Positions 25,742 through 34,677 of a stretch of 36,807 bases of DNA are shown piece after piece. A model generated the notes under the pieces. The model ran no database searches, was not told the DNA's origin, and saw only the letters and a list, made by a program, of their open reading frames with translations. This DNA is from Dehalococcoidia bacterium (lineage in GTDB: Bacteria > Chloroflexota > Dehalococcoidia > Bin125), in contig CAUYZA010000003.1 of assembly GCA_963577225.1 (NCBI GenBank), forward strand, positions 1 through 36,807. Direction: 5' to 3'. The position numbers and the translations under genes are program-made. Position 1 is the stretch's first letter, and every line of letters starts with the position of its first letter.

Positions 25742-26694
25742 CGACGCAGGCAGACGCAGCCCCTGCAGCGGCGACGCGTGAGGCATTCGGCCCGGCGCTG
25801 ATCAAGCTGGCCGACGCGGGCTTCGACATCGTTGCGCTGGAGGCCGACCTCTCGGCTTCGACCGGCGGGATCAAGCTGCGCGCCGAGCATCCCGAGCGCT
25901 GGTACACCGTGGGCGCGGCAGAGCAGAACATGATCAGTATGGCGGCGGGGTTAGCGGCGGCGGGCAAGACGGCCTTTTGCGCCTCCTTCGCCGTGTTCAT
26001 GCCGGGCCATTGCTTCGACCAGATCCGCATTTCGGTCGTGCAGCCGCAGCTTAACGTGAAGCTGCTGGCCAGCCATGGCGGGGTCAGCGTGGGCGAGGAC
26101 GGCGCCTCGGCGCAGGCGATCGAGGACCTGGCGCTGATGACCGCGCTGCCCGGATTGACCGTGCTGGTGCCGACGGATGTCGTCGAGGCCGGGAAGGCGA
26201 TCTGGGCCGCGGGCACGACCGACGGGCCGTTCTACATTCGCGTCGGCCGGCCCAAGCTGCCGGTGCTCTACGACGAGTCACACGAGTTCCAAATTGGCAA
26301 GGCGCACCAGTTGCGCGAAGGCACGGACGTGACCGTGATCGCCTGCGGCTTGTTGGTCTCGGCCGCCGTCGACGCCGCCGACGCCCTGGCCGGCGACGGA
26401 CTCTCGGTGCGCGTGCTCAACATGTCCACGATCAAACCACTCGACGACGAGGCGATTCTGCGGGCGGCGCGGGAGACCGGCGCGATCGTGACCGCCGAAG
26501 AGCACAACGTGATCGGCGGCCTGGGCTCGGCCGTCGCGCGGACGCTCGCGTTGCAAGCGCCGACGCCCGTCGAAATGGTGGGCGTGCAGGACCGCTTCGG
26601 CGAGTCGGGCACATGGAAGCAGTTGCTGGCACGGCACGGCCTGAACGCCGCCGGGGTCCGCGACGCCGTTCGGCGCGTAGTCGCCCGCAAGTAG
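25738..26694 (+). CDS. Transketolase, C-terminal subunit
   Basis: ATGA overlap with the N-subunit; ATREAFG, GAAEQNMIS, GEDGASAQAIED, TIKPLD, TAEEHNVIGGLG, DRFGESG. Confidence 0.96.
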   Translation: MTTQADAAPAAATREAFGPALIKLADAGFDIVALEADLSASTGGIKLRAEHPERWYTVGAAEQNMISMAAGLAAAGKTAFCASFAVFMPGHCFDQIRISVVQPQLNVKLLASHGGVSVGEDGASAQAIEDLALMTALPGLTVLVPTDVVEAGKAIWAAGTTDGPFYIRVGRPKLPVLYDESHEFQIGKAHQLREGTDVTVIACGLLVSAAVDAADALAGDGLSVRVLNMSTIKPLDDEAILRAARETGAIVTAEEHNVIGGLGSAVARTLALQAPTPVEMVGVQDRFGESGTWKQLLARHGLNAAGVRDAVRRVVARK

Positions 26695-26697
26695 CGC

Positions 26698-27009
26698 TTA
26701 GCCCCCGGCTGCCGCTCGGGCCCCGGCCAGGATCGCTGTCGTCGCCTGGGCCCACGGCACGACCTCTTCGATCGACTGGTTGAAGAGCGGGAAGAACGCG
26801 GCGGTGACTTCGAGTACGACGGCCTTGGAGCTGGCCTCCAGCGTCGCGTAGCCCTCTGTGTTGCTGGTCCAATCGATGGTGGAGAGGGTGCCGGCGTCAA
26901 GGAGAGCCGTCGCCGCGGGAACCACCCCTTCCCAGATCGCCAAGACCGCTGCCGGGTCCGTGGGCCATGCTTCGGCGTTCGCCTCGAAGTGGATGATGTA
27001 TTTCGCTAT
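26698..27009 (-). CDS. Hypothetical 103-aa protein, paralog copy 1, with ATA at the start position
   Basis: Aligns without gaps to the repaired 27450-27762 copy (62/103 identical by manual count). ATA sits where the paralog has ATG, after GGGGAA. Confidence 0.75.
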   Translation of the reverse strand: MAKYIIHFEANAEAWPTDPAAVLAIWEGVVPAATALLDAGTLSTIDWTSNTEGYATLEASSKAVVLEVTAAFFPLFNQSIEEVVPWAQATTAILAGARAAAGG

Positions 27010-27106
27010 GAGTTCCCCAATCGTGCTGCAGTGCGGAACGAACTGGACCGCGGAGCATACGGCAGATGGGTCATTGCGCCGCAAGCGGATCCGATATGGT
27101 CGGCGG

Positions 27107-27283
27107 ATCAGCAAGAAAAAGATCGATTCCGCCGTGGTGGGCCTCGTGCTGTTCGGCGTTTTGTTGGGTGGTTTGGTGGGCGAAATCGTGTTGGCCGTGA
27201 CGGTCGGATCCTATGTGCTGTACTCCGTCGCGCGCGGAGTCGCGTGGTTACGCGCCCGGCGCGCCGTGGGGCCGGACGACTAG
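27107..27283 (+). CDS. Small membrane protein (~58 aa), start uncertain
   Basis: SKKK followed by hydrophobic AVVGLVLFGVLLGGLVGEIVLAVTVGSYVLYSVA and a basic tail. The nearest upstream in-frame ATG is at 27008; ATC 27107 follows TATGGT by 6 nt. Confidence 0.5.
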   Translation: MSKKKIDSAVVGLVLFGVLLGGLVGEIVLAVTVGSYVLYSVARGVAWLRARRAVGPDD

Positions 27284-27390
27284 CCGCCCTCGCTTCGGCA
27301 CCGCAATGACTGCCGCCGCGCGGGCACGCTAGCGGTCGCCACGCGTCCATGCCTGGTGGGTTTGCGTCGACTCGGCGCGCGGTTAAGGAG

Positions 27391-27413
27391 AGGATCGCCC
27401 GGGGGGCGATCCT
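27391..27413. terminator. Hairpin between convergent genes (possible terminator)
   Basis: Perfect inverted repeat AGGATCGCCC-GGG-GGGCGATCCT; no strong U tract. Confidence 0.5.
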
Positions 27414-27449
27414 TGCGCAGACTGACTCCAAGCGCCGGGCCGAGAGTGG

Positions 27450-27762
27450 CTACCCTCCGGCAGCCGACTTCGCACCGGCGAGCAGGGCTGCCTTGGCCTC
27501 ATCCCAAGGCAAGATCTCGTCGACCTCTTGGCTGAAGAGGGGGAAGAAGGCCGCCCCGACTTCTGTCGCGGCGGCCTTCGACGGGGCCTCCAGGGTGGTG
27601 TAGCCCGCCATGTTGCTGGTGAACATTGATCTCGCTGAGGGTGCCGGAATCCAACAGTCCCTGAGCGCCCGCGATCACCTGCTCCCAGAGCGCCAACCGC
27701 TCTACCGGGTCGGTGGGCCAGGACTCAGGATTCGCCTGGAATCGGATCACGTACTTGGCCAT
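27450..27762 (-). pseudogene. Hypothetical 103-aa protein, paralog copy 2, with a 1-nt insertion near 27624
   Basis: MAKYVIRFQANPESWPTDP..GTLSEIN, then one extra base, then FTSNMAGYTTLEAPSK..AAFFPLF..LAGAKSAAGG-TAG. Length 313 nt versus 312 for copy 1. Confidence 0.82.
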
Positions 27763-27911
27763 TAGGTGTCCCGAATCTTGATGTATTGCTGAACTAAATG
27801 CGGTAGCGCGAGGGAGAATAGCGCAGAAATGTTGTGGGGTGGTAAGCGGCTCCGATCGGTGGAGCCGAAGCAGGGTAGAAGCGGGCTGACCGGCCGCGCC
27901 GCTCCCGACTC

Positions 27912-28616
27912 TCAGGCGCCCAAGAACTCCCGTACCGCGCGCAGGCTGGCGGTCGTTAAGGTCGGCGTCGTCGCGGCCTGCGGCGGCGGGCCGCGACCGT
28001 GATGGTCGAGCCAGATCGTGTCCATGCCGACGGCGGCCGCGCCCTCGACGTCGTTGACGAAGGAGTTGCCGATGTAGACGGCGTCCGAGGCCAGTACTTC
28101 GAGAGTCGTCAGGGCTTGCTCGAAAATGGCGGGATCAGGCTTCTGGACGCCGACCTCATCCGAGATCAGCGGTTCGGGAAAGAAGCGGTCCAGACCCACG
28201 GTTCTGATCTTGAGACGCTGCTCAGAGCTGCCGCCGTTGGTGATCATGCCCAGCCGCGCCTGCCCGGCGACCGCCTGCACCAGTTCGACGGCGTGATCGA
28301 GCAGGGCCAGCCCGTCGATGCGGCCTTGGAGGTAGATGGCGGCCATTTCGGGGGCGAGCTCCGCGGGAGCGTCGACGCGAGCGAACGCTCGCCGCAGCCA
28401 TTCCTCGCGGCTGAGCCAGGCTGGCCAGTTTCCGCGGTTGGCGGCCATGGCCTCGCGCACGACGGTGGTGCGCGCCTCCTCCAAGCGAGCGTCAGGGACG
28501 GGGTGGCCGCGCTCGCGAAGCGCCTGCGCGACCAGGGCGGTGGCCTGCTGGACGCCGTCTTCTTCGCTCACCAAGGTGCCATCGAGGTCGAAGACCACAG
28601 CCGCGTAGCGGGGCAT
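27912..28616 (-). CDS. HAD-superfamily hydrolase (subfamily IA)
   Basis: VVFDLDGTL (motif I), MITNG (II), QKPDPAIF (III), YIGNSFVNDVEGA (IV). Confidence 0.94.
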   Translation of the reverse strand: MPRYAAVVFDLDGTLVSEEDGVQQATALVAQALRERGHPVPDARLEEARTTVVREAMAANRGNWPAWLSREEWLRRAFARVDAPAELAPEMAAIYLQGRIDGLALLDHAVELVQAVAGQARLGMITNGGSSEQRLKIRTVGLDRFFPEPLISDEVGVQKPDPAIFEQALTTLEVLASDAVYIGNSFVNDVEGAAAVGMDTIWLDHHGRGPPPQAATTPTLTTASLRAVREFLGA

Positions 28617-28618
28617 CG

Positions 28619-29200
28619 CTACTCCTCGGGCTTGTCGTTTTCATCCTGCGAGGCGATATCGCGGACGCCGGCCAGGTCGTCCGCCTCGTCGCACTCTTCC
28701 GTGAGTTCGTCGAGCGTGCCATCCAGGCCGGATTCCTCGTCGTAGTCGTCCGCGCCTTCGTCGGTCAGCTCGGGGTCGAGCTCGTCCTGGTAGATCTCGA
28801 AGGGCCAGATCGGCCACTCTTCGAACTCTGACGGGGGATCCTCGGTGGGCCCTTCGGGGTGCTCGACGTCGGCTTCGTGGTCCGGGATGTAGGTTTGCGT
28901 GGGACGGGCTTTGAACTCCATCCCCTCCTCGTGGGTGACGATGTTGGAGAGGGCGTAGCCGATCCAAGCGAGGCAGCCGCAGTCGAGCCGGAACGAGACG
29001 GCGAAGCGGCGGCGGCGCAGCGCCTCCTCGCGAATGAAGTCGTGGAACTCGCCGAGGTCTTCCTCGGGCAGGACGGCTTCGACCTTGCCCTCGAAGAGCA
29101 GGTCTAGCGCGTCGGTGGGACTCTCGTCCCGCTCATCACCGACGGGCCTGTCGGCCTGCGGGTCGTCTATCGCCGTGCCCTCGTCGTGCTCGGACTCCAT
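28619..29200 (-). CDS. Highly acidic hypothetical protein with a CGC motif
   Basis: 193 aa, GGAG SD, stop 2 nt before the HAD start; D/E-rich termini around a central FRLDCGCLAWIGY segment. Confidence 0.7.
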   Translation of the reverse strand: MESEHDEGTAIDDPQADRPVGDERDESPTDALDLLFEGKVEAVLPEEDLGEFHDFIREEALRRRRFAVSFRLDCGCLAWIGYALSNIVTHEEGMEFKARPTQTYIPDHEADVEHPEGPTEDPPSEFEEWPIWPFEIYQDELDPELTDEGADDYDEESGLDGTLDELTEECDEADDLAGVRDIASQDENDKPEE

Positions 29201-29259
29201 GCTCGCTCCACCAGCGGGGGTTGAGTTGCCCGCGCTCCAACGTTTTGAGGATGTGCAGT

Positions 29260-29601
29260 CTAGCGCGGCAGCCCGACGGCTCTCGCTCCAGTGAGGGTGT
29301 GGTTCGCATCGGCAAAGTCGCTGACCGACTCTTCGTCGGAGTAGACGCCCGCCTCGGCGCCGGCCCAGACCGTGACGATGAAATCCTGGCGGAGCGGATC
29401 GGCGCTGCGCACCACGCGATCGTCGAGGTCGGCGATCGCGTGGTGGATGTCATCTTCCGCCCAGTCCGATGGCACGCAGAGCGTGGCGTACACGATCGTG
29501 GGGGTGAAGTGCAGGTCGGCCCGGGCGCGGCTGCCCTGCTCGTTCTCCACGACGTAGCTCTCCGACGAGGGGGTGCGGGATTCGCGCTCATAGGTAAACA
29601 T
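29260..29601 (-). CDS. Hypothetical protein (113 aa)
   Basis: MFTYERESRTPSSESY..RADLHFT..YATLCV..DFIVTVWAG..GVYSD is a globular-looking alpha/beta sequence; GAGG SD; co-oriented with proA. Confidence 0.78.
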   Translation of the reverse strand: MFTYERESRTPSSESYVVENEQGSRARADLHFTPTIVYATLCVPSDWAEDDIHHAIADLDDRVVRSADPLRQDFIVTVWAGAEAGVYSDEESVSDFADANHTLTGARAVGLPR

Positions 29602-29712
29602 CGCGGCCTCGCTTCGGCTCGTGGTGGGGCTCTGCCGTGGTCGGAGGTTCAGCTGCCAACCCTGGTTGCAGCGTAGCCGCAAGTCATATCGGGTGCTCAG
29701 TCTGGATGCGGC

Positions 29713-31017
29713 TCAATCGGGACGGATTTGGCCGTCGCCGCGCACGACCCACTTGTACGAGGTCAGTTCACGCAGCCCCATAGGGCCGCGAGCGTGCATC
29801 TTGCCGGTGCTGATTCCGACTTCGGCGCCCAACCCGAACTGGCCGCCGTCGTTGAATTGAGTCGACGTGTTGACGAAGACGGCCGCGGCGTCCACCTCGT
29901 TGAGGAAGCGCTCCGCGTTGTGGTAGTCGTTCGTCACGATCGCCTCGGAGTGGCCGGACCAGTGATCCGCGATGTGCTGCATCGCGGCGTCGAGATCGTC
30001 GACGATGTGCAGCGCGCAGCGCATGGCGAGGAATTCGGTGTCGTAGTCGTCTGGGCCGATGGCGATGGCGTTGGCGCCAGCCTCCTGCAGCGCGCCAAGC
30101 GACGCTTCGTCGGCGCGGATCTCGACGCTTCCGCCCCAGCGCTCCGCCAGCGCGGGCAGGAACGACGCGGCGGCGTCGCGGTGCAGCAGCACGACGTCCA
30201 ACGCGTTGCAGATCGAGATGCGGCGGGTCTTGGCATTGTCGACGATGTCGACCGCCATCGCGGTGTCGGCCGCCCCGTCGACGTAGGTGTGGCAGATCCC
30301 GATCCCGCCGGCGACGACCGGCATCGAGGCTTCGTCGCGCACCCGTTCGATCAGCGGCTTGCCGCCGCGCGGCACGATCAGGTCAATCAAGTCATTCATT
30401 TGCAGCAGCTCCGCCACGAGCGCGCGGTCGGGGTTGCGGATGAGCTGGACGGCTTCGCCGGGCAGCCCGTTCTCGGTCAGCGCTTCGGTCACGGTGGCGG
30501 CCAGCAGCGTGTTGCTCTGCACGGCCTCCCGGCCGCCACGCAGGACGCAGGCATTGCCGCTCTTGAGACAGAGCGCGGCGATATCGATCGTGACGTTGGG
30601 CCGGCTCTCGTAGATCGAGGCGATCAAGCCGAGCGGCACTCGGACCCGGCCCACGCGCAGCCCGCTGGGGCGCAGCGACTCGTCGATCACCTCGCCGATC
30701 GGGTCCGGCAGCGCGATCACGTCGCTGAGTGAGTCGGCTAGGGCGGCGACGCGCTCCGGCGTCAGTTCAAGCCGATCGAGGAAGGATTCGGGGCGACCGG
30801 CCTCCCGGGCCGTGTTCATGTCTTTGCCGTTGGCATCGACGATGGCGTCGCTGCGCTCGCGCAGCAGGTCGGCGACACGGGCCAGGACCGCGTTCTTCTG
30901 TTCGGTACCCGCGATCGCCACGGCGGGAGCGGCCGCGCGCGCGGCGCCAACCTGGTCGCGCAGAACGGCCGCCGCCTCAGGGTCGACGGATTCACCGCGG
31001 GTGGCTGTAGTCGTCAT
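29713..31017 (-). CDS. proA: Gamma-glutamyl phosphate reductase
   Basis: RVPLGLIASIYESRPNVT, KSGNACVLRGG, SICNALD (catalytic Cys), SGHSEAIVT, LGAEVGISTGKMHARGPMGL. Confidence 0.98.
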   Translation of the reverse strand: MTTTATRGESVDPEAAAVLRDQVGAARAAAPAVAIAGTEQKNAVLARVADLLRERSDAIVDANGKDMNTAREAGRPESFLDRLELTPERVAALADSLSDVIALPDPIGEVIDESLRPSGLRVGRVRVPLGLIASIYESRPNVTIDIAALCLKSGNACVLRGGREAVQSNTLLAATVTEALTENGLPGEAVQLIRNPDRALVAELLQMNDLIDLIVPRGGKPLIERVRDEASMPVVAGGIGICHTYVDGAADTAMAVDIVDNAKTRRISICNALDVVLLHRDAAASFLPALAERWGGSVEIRADEASLGALQEAGANAIAIGPDDYDTEFLAMRCALHIVDDLDAAMQHIADHWSGHSEAIVTNDYHNAERFLNEVDAAAVFVNTSTQFNDGGQFGLGAEVGISTGKMHARGPMGLRELTSYKWVVRGDGQIRPD

Positions 31018-31328
31018 GGCAACTCCGGCGGGGCATCCTCACCCCGAAAGTCATACTCATCGCTGGTGATGCCGCGGCGTTCGTGGTCGCCCTGGAAGAC
31101 GGCGATCTCGCTGCCGTTCTCGGAACCGGCGGGCTTGAGCAGGTACCCGCCGTGGAACGTGTGCTGGGGGTCGCTGAAGGAGGTGATCCGGCCCGACCAG
31201 GCGACTTCTCGCTGGTCGCCTACGACGGTCGTCTCAATCTCCAGGTAGACGTAGCAGTCGCTCAGGCGCTGCCCTTGGAGCGATTGGAGTTCGGCGGCGA
31301 AGTCCTTGCGTTTGCGGATCGACGGCAC
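31014..31328 (-). CDS. Hypothetical protein (104 aa) between proB and proA
   Basis: GTG start with AGGGAG SD; its stop overlaps the proA start (ATGA). Confidence 0.72.
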   Translation of the reverse strand: MPSIRKRKDFAAELQSLQGQRLSDCYVYLEIETTVVGDQREVAWSGRITSFSDPQHTFHGGYLLKPAGSENGSEIAVFQGDHERRGITSDEYDFRGEDAPPELP

Positions 31329-31408
31329 TGGTTTCTCCCTGTGCTGGCAAAGCTTAGCGAGACGCCGGTTCCGACTTCAGTGGCTTGGAATGCACCGCGC
31401 GGCACCGA

Positions 31409-32602
31409 TCAGAGCACGACCATGTTGTTGCGATGGATGACCTCGGCGCCCAGCTCATAGCCGAGGATGACCGCGATGCGATCCGAGCGCTCGCCCTGGA
31501 TGCGGGCGATCTCGTCCGCGTCGTAGTGGCTGATCCCGACGGCGACGCGCGTGCCTTCAGGATCTCGCACCTCGACGATGTCGCCGCGCCGGAACTCCCC
31601 TTCCGCGCGTACGATCCCAGCGGATAGCAGGCTGCGGCCCTTGTCGCGCAGCGCGCCGGCCGCGCCCGCGTCGACGACGATCGCTCCGGCGGAGGCCAGG
31701 CCGGAGATCAGCCAACGCTTGCGGCTCTCCTGGCGCGAGCCTCGGGCGGGGAAACGCGTGCCGACGGCCTCGCCGGCGGCGATCCGTAGCAGAGCGTCGG
31801 GCTCGCGGCCGTGCGCCACGACAACCTCGCATCCGCCGCGGGTGGCGAGTTCGGCCGCCTGCAGCTTCGCGCGCATGCCGCCGCGTCCGGTGGTGCCGCT
31901 CGCCGCTTCAAGTGAGGGGGCGGGCCCTGCGAAGGCGAGCGCCGCCTTGATGTCGGTGACTTCGGCCAGCGGCTCGGCCCCGGGGGCGTCGCGAGGGTCG
32001 ACTTTGTAGAGGCCGTGCACATCGCTGAGCAGAATCAGCAGGTCGGCATCGATCAGGTTGGCGACCAGAGCTGAGAGCCCGTCATTCTCACCGAAGGCGC
32101 CGCCACGCAACTCCTCGTCGGCGACGACGTCGTTCTCGTTGATCACTGGAACCACCTTGGGCACCGCGAGCAGGCCGTCGAGCGTGTTGCGCGCGTTGAG
32201 ATAGCCGCCGCGGTCGGCCAGATCGGCGCGTGTCAGTAGCGCCTGCGCAGCGATCAGGCCGTGCTTGCGCAAGAGTGAGTCGTAGCGCTCGACGAGTTGG
32301 CTCTGGCCGATCGCGGCGAGCACCTGTCGATGCGGGGTGTCAGCGACGGCCTCGCTGTTGGGCCCGATCCGATCCCGACCTGCCGCGACTGCCCCACTGG
32401 TGACGATCGCGACCTGAGCCCCGGCCGCGTTCAGCGCGGCGACCTGGCGTACGAGGTCACCCATCACCTCGGCGCTGAGCTGCGCTTCGCCGTCGGTCAG
32501 CAACTTGGTGCCGAACTTGGCGACGATGCGTTTGCCATCGAGCTGATGGCCGCTGAGTGGAAGGGAGGCGCTCACCGGGCGGGAGTCCGTTCGCTGGTTC
32601 AT
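31409..32602 (-). CDS. proB: Glutamate 5-kinase with PUA domain
   Basis: RIVAKFGT, VTSGAVAAG, AAIGQ, PVINENDVV, FGENDGLSALVA, GRGGMRAKL, C-terminal EVIHRNNMV. Start uncertain (32602 or 32617). Confidence 0.97.
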   Translation of the reverse strand: MNQRTDSRPVSASLPLSGHQLDGKRIVAKFGTKLLTDGEAQLSAEVMGDLVRQVAALNAAGAQVAIVTSGAVAAGRDRIGPNSEAVADTPHRQVLAAIGQSQLVERYDSLLRKHGLIAAQALLTRADLADRGGYLNARNTLDGLLAVPKVVPVINENDVVADEELRGGAFGENDGLSALVANLIDADLLILLSDVHGLYKVDPRDAPGAEPLAEVTDIKAALAFAGPAPSLEAASGTTGRGGMRAKLQAAELATRGGCEVVVAHGREPDALLRIAAGEAVGTRFPARGSRQESRKRWLISGLASAGAIVVDAGAAGALRDKGRSLLSAGIVRAEGEFRRGDIVEVRDPEGTRVAVGISHYDADEIARIQGERSDRIAVILGYELGAEVIHRNNMVVL

Positions 32603-32735
32603 GGGCTCGCGGGACAACTGGTCGATCCCGACTGTACGTCAGTCGATCGCGCGGGCGACAGCGGCCAACGTGAAACTGGGCGGGCAGTTCCGCCGCCATG
32701 TAGTGGGGCTCCGCCCAGCGCCGTACCATGGAGCC

Positions 32736-33917
32736 ATGCGATTTGACCTGCACTACCTGAGCCACTGGTGGGTGGTGCATCTGCGCTGGTGGCGCGACGA
32801 CGCCCGCTTGCTGATGCGCCGCACGCTGAGCGAATTCCGCGACGACTACTGCACGCAGCTCGCGGCGGGCATCTCCTACTACGTGCTCTTCTCGATCTTT
32901 CCGCTGACGATCCTGGCGATCTCGATCAGCGGGTTGATCCTGACCGACGACAGCATCCGCGACGACGTGGTGGAGGAACTCTTCGAAGTGCTCCCGCTCT
33001 CGCAGGACGAGGGTCGCGAGGACCTGGAGCGGGCCGTCGACAGCGTGGCGACTGGGCTTTCGGCGATCGGGCTGGTCTCCATCTTGGGGTTGCTCTGGGC
33101 GGCCTCGGGCATGATGGGAGCGGTGCGGCATGCGCTGGATGAGGCCTGGGATCTGCGCTACCGGCGCCCGTTCCTGCGCGCGAAGATGATCGATCTGTTG
33201 ATGGTCATGGCCGTGGGGTTACTGGTGGGGGCGTCGATTGCGTCGACGGTCTTCTTGCAGGTGGCGCGTCGGGTCTCGGACGGCGTGTCGGACTTCCTGG
33301 GGCCGCTGGGCGCGGGCGCGGATGTCAGCATCGAGATCGTGGCCGTGCTAGTACCACTGACCGTCTCCTTCGCGGCCTTCGGCTTCATCTACAAGGTGTT
33401 GCCCAGCGTGCGCACGCGCTGGCGCGAGATCTGGCCGGGGGCCCTTCTGGCGGCGCTGCTGTTCGAAGTGGTCAAGAACGGCTTCGCGTTCTACCTGCGC
33501 TACTTCGGCAACTACGATGCTGTTTACGGGTCGTTGGGCGCGGTCCTGGCATTCCTCTTCTTTGTCTACGTCAGCTCAAACATCTTGCTGCTGGGGGCCG
33601 AAATGGCGTCGGAGTGGCCGCGGGTGATGCACGGCCACTACGACGAAGAGCTGACGCGCGGGGAAGGCGGTAAGTCGGTGCCTCGGTGGCGCCGGATCTT
33701 GGCGGGCCTGCTGGGACTGGTGCGCGCGGAGGAGGAGGCTCCGGACGCCGTGGCAGACCGCGGGGCCGGGGCGGTTCGTCGCGAACGGCGCATGGACGAG
33801 GTCCGGCGTCGGGTGGCGAGCGCCGGTAGGCCTGACGACGAGTTGGCGAACGATGGCGGAACGCCAGCCGAGGACCCGGGCGGCGAACCTCCGGACCCGT
33901 CAGAACGCGGCTCGTAA
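32736..33917 (+). CDS. YihY/virulence factor BrkB family membrane protein
   Basis: LAAGISYYVLFSIFP, LLWAASG, IYKVLP, WPGALLA, YDAVYGSLGAV..LLLGAE; multiple TM segments. Confidence 0.94.
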   Translation: MRFDLHYLSHWWVVHLRWWRDDARLLMRRTLSEFRDDYCTQLAAGISYYVLFSIFPLTILAISISGLILTDDSIRDDVVEELFEVLPLSQDEGREDLERAVDSVATGLSAIGLVSILGLLWAASGMMGAVRHALDEAWDLRYRRPFLRAKMIDLLMVMAVGLLVGASIASTVFLQVARRVSDGVSDFLGPLGAGADVSIEIVAVLVPLTVSFAAFGFIYKVLPSVRTRWREIWPGALLAALLFEVVKNGFAFYLRYFGNYDAVYGSLGAVLAFLFFVYVSSNILLLGAEMASEWPRVMHGHYDEELTRGEGGKSVPRWRRILAGLLGLVRAEEEAPDAVADRGAGAVRRERRMDEVRRRVASAGRPDDELANDGGTPAEDPGGEPPDPSERGS

Positions 33918-33985
33918 AGTAGCGTTCCTGGAACGCGACGGGGGCGGCCAATTCAGTCTGCGGGGTCGAGTCGAACGGGCGGCAG

Positions 33986-34630
33986 CTAGCGCGCGATGTC
34001 CGACATCACGTCGCGCTCGTCGTCCTTCCCTTGGCCGGGTATGGGCTCCTCGAAAACGCGGTCCGGTACGTCGTCGTACTCGAGCTGGAGGGCGCGGCAG
34101 ATGGCGGCGTGCATGCCGTAGGAGGCGACGGCGTAGGTCAGCTCTAGGATCTCCTCGTCCGAGAAGTTCGACTTGAGCGAGTCGAAGACGCCGTCCGGCA
34201 CGCGGCCGTCATTCCCGATCAAGCCGTCGACGTAGGCCAGCACGGCGCGATCTTTGTCGTCGAAGACGGCGGACTGAGCGGACCAGGCCGGCAGCGCCGC
34301 GACCTCTTCCTCGCTCAGCCCGGCGGCGCGCGCCGCCTTGCAATGCTGCGAGAAGACGAATTTGCTGCCCTGCACGAAGCCGGAGCGCGTGAGGCCCAGC
34401 TCTCGGTAGCGCGGCTGCAGCAGGCGGTCCTTGGAGCTGAACAGTCCGAAGCCGCGGGTGGCATGGTCGAAAACCTCAGGGACGAGGGCGAAGACGGTCC
34501 ACCAGTTGCCAGGTGTACCTGTGGCGGTGCCGGGTTCGGCGACGGGATCGCGCTCGTCGAAGAGGCGCTCGTACATGGCGACGACTTCGGGCGTCGCTTC
34601 GGACTTGGGGACCTGGCGCAAGCGTGGCAT
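33986..34630 (-). CDS. Carboxymuconolactone decarboxylase / AhpD-like family protein
   Basis: RELGLTR..FVFSQH..ARAAGL..DRAVLAYVD..FSDEEILELT pattern; no CxxC; AGGAG SD. Confidence 0.85.
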   Translation of the reverse strand: MPRLRQVPKSEATPEVVAMYERLFDERDPVAEPGTATGTPGNWWTVFALVPEVFDHATRGFGLFSSKDRLLQPRYRELGLTRSGFVQGSKFVFSQHCKAARAAGLSEEEVAALPAWSAQSAVFDDKDRAVLAYVDGLIGNDGRVPDGVFDSLKSNFSDEEILELTYAVASYGMHAAICRALQLEYDDVPDRVFEEPIPGQGKDDERDVMSDIAR

Positions 34631-34677
34631 GCGGAATCTCCTGTTGTTTGAGTCGCAGGAGTGTAAGGCCGTGCCGC

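Noticed and set aside
18710-26694. Calvin-cycle (cbb) cluster
   Set aside because: fbp, fba and transketolase are present, but there is no RuBisCO, prk or cbbR, and unrelated genes are interspersed.
32603-32735. T-box or riboswitch upstream of proB
   Set aside because: The divergent region is short, with no T-box consensus or terminator visible.
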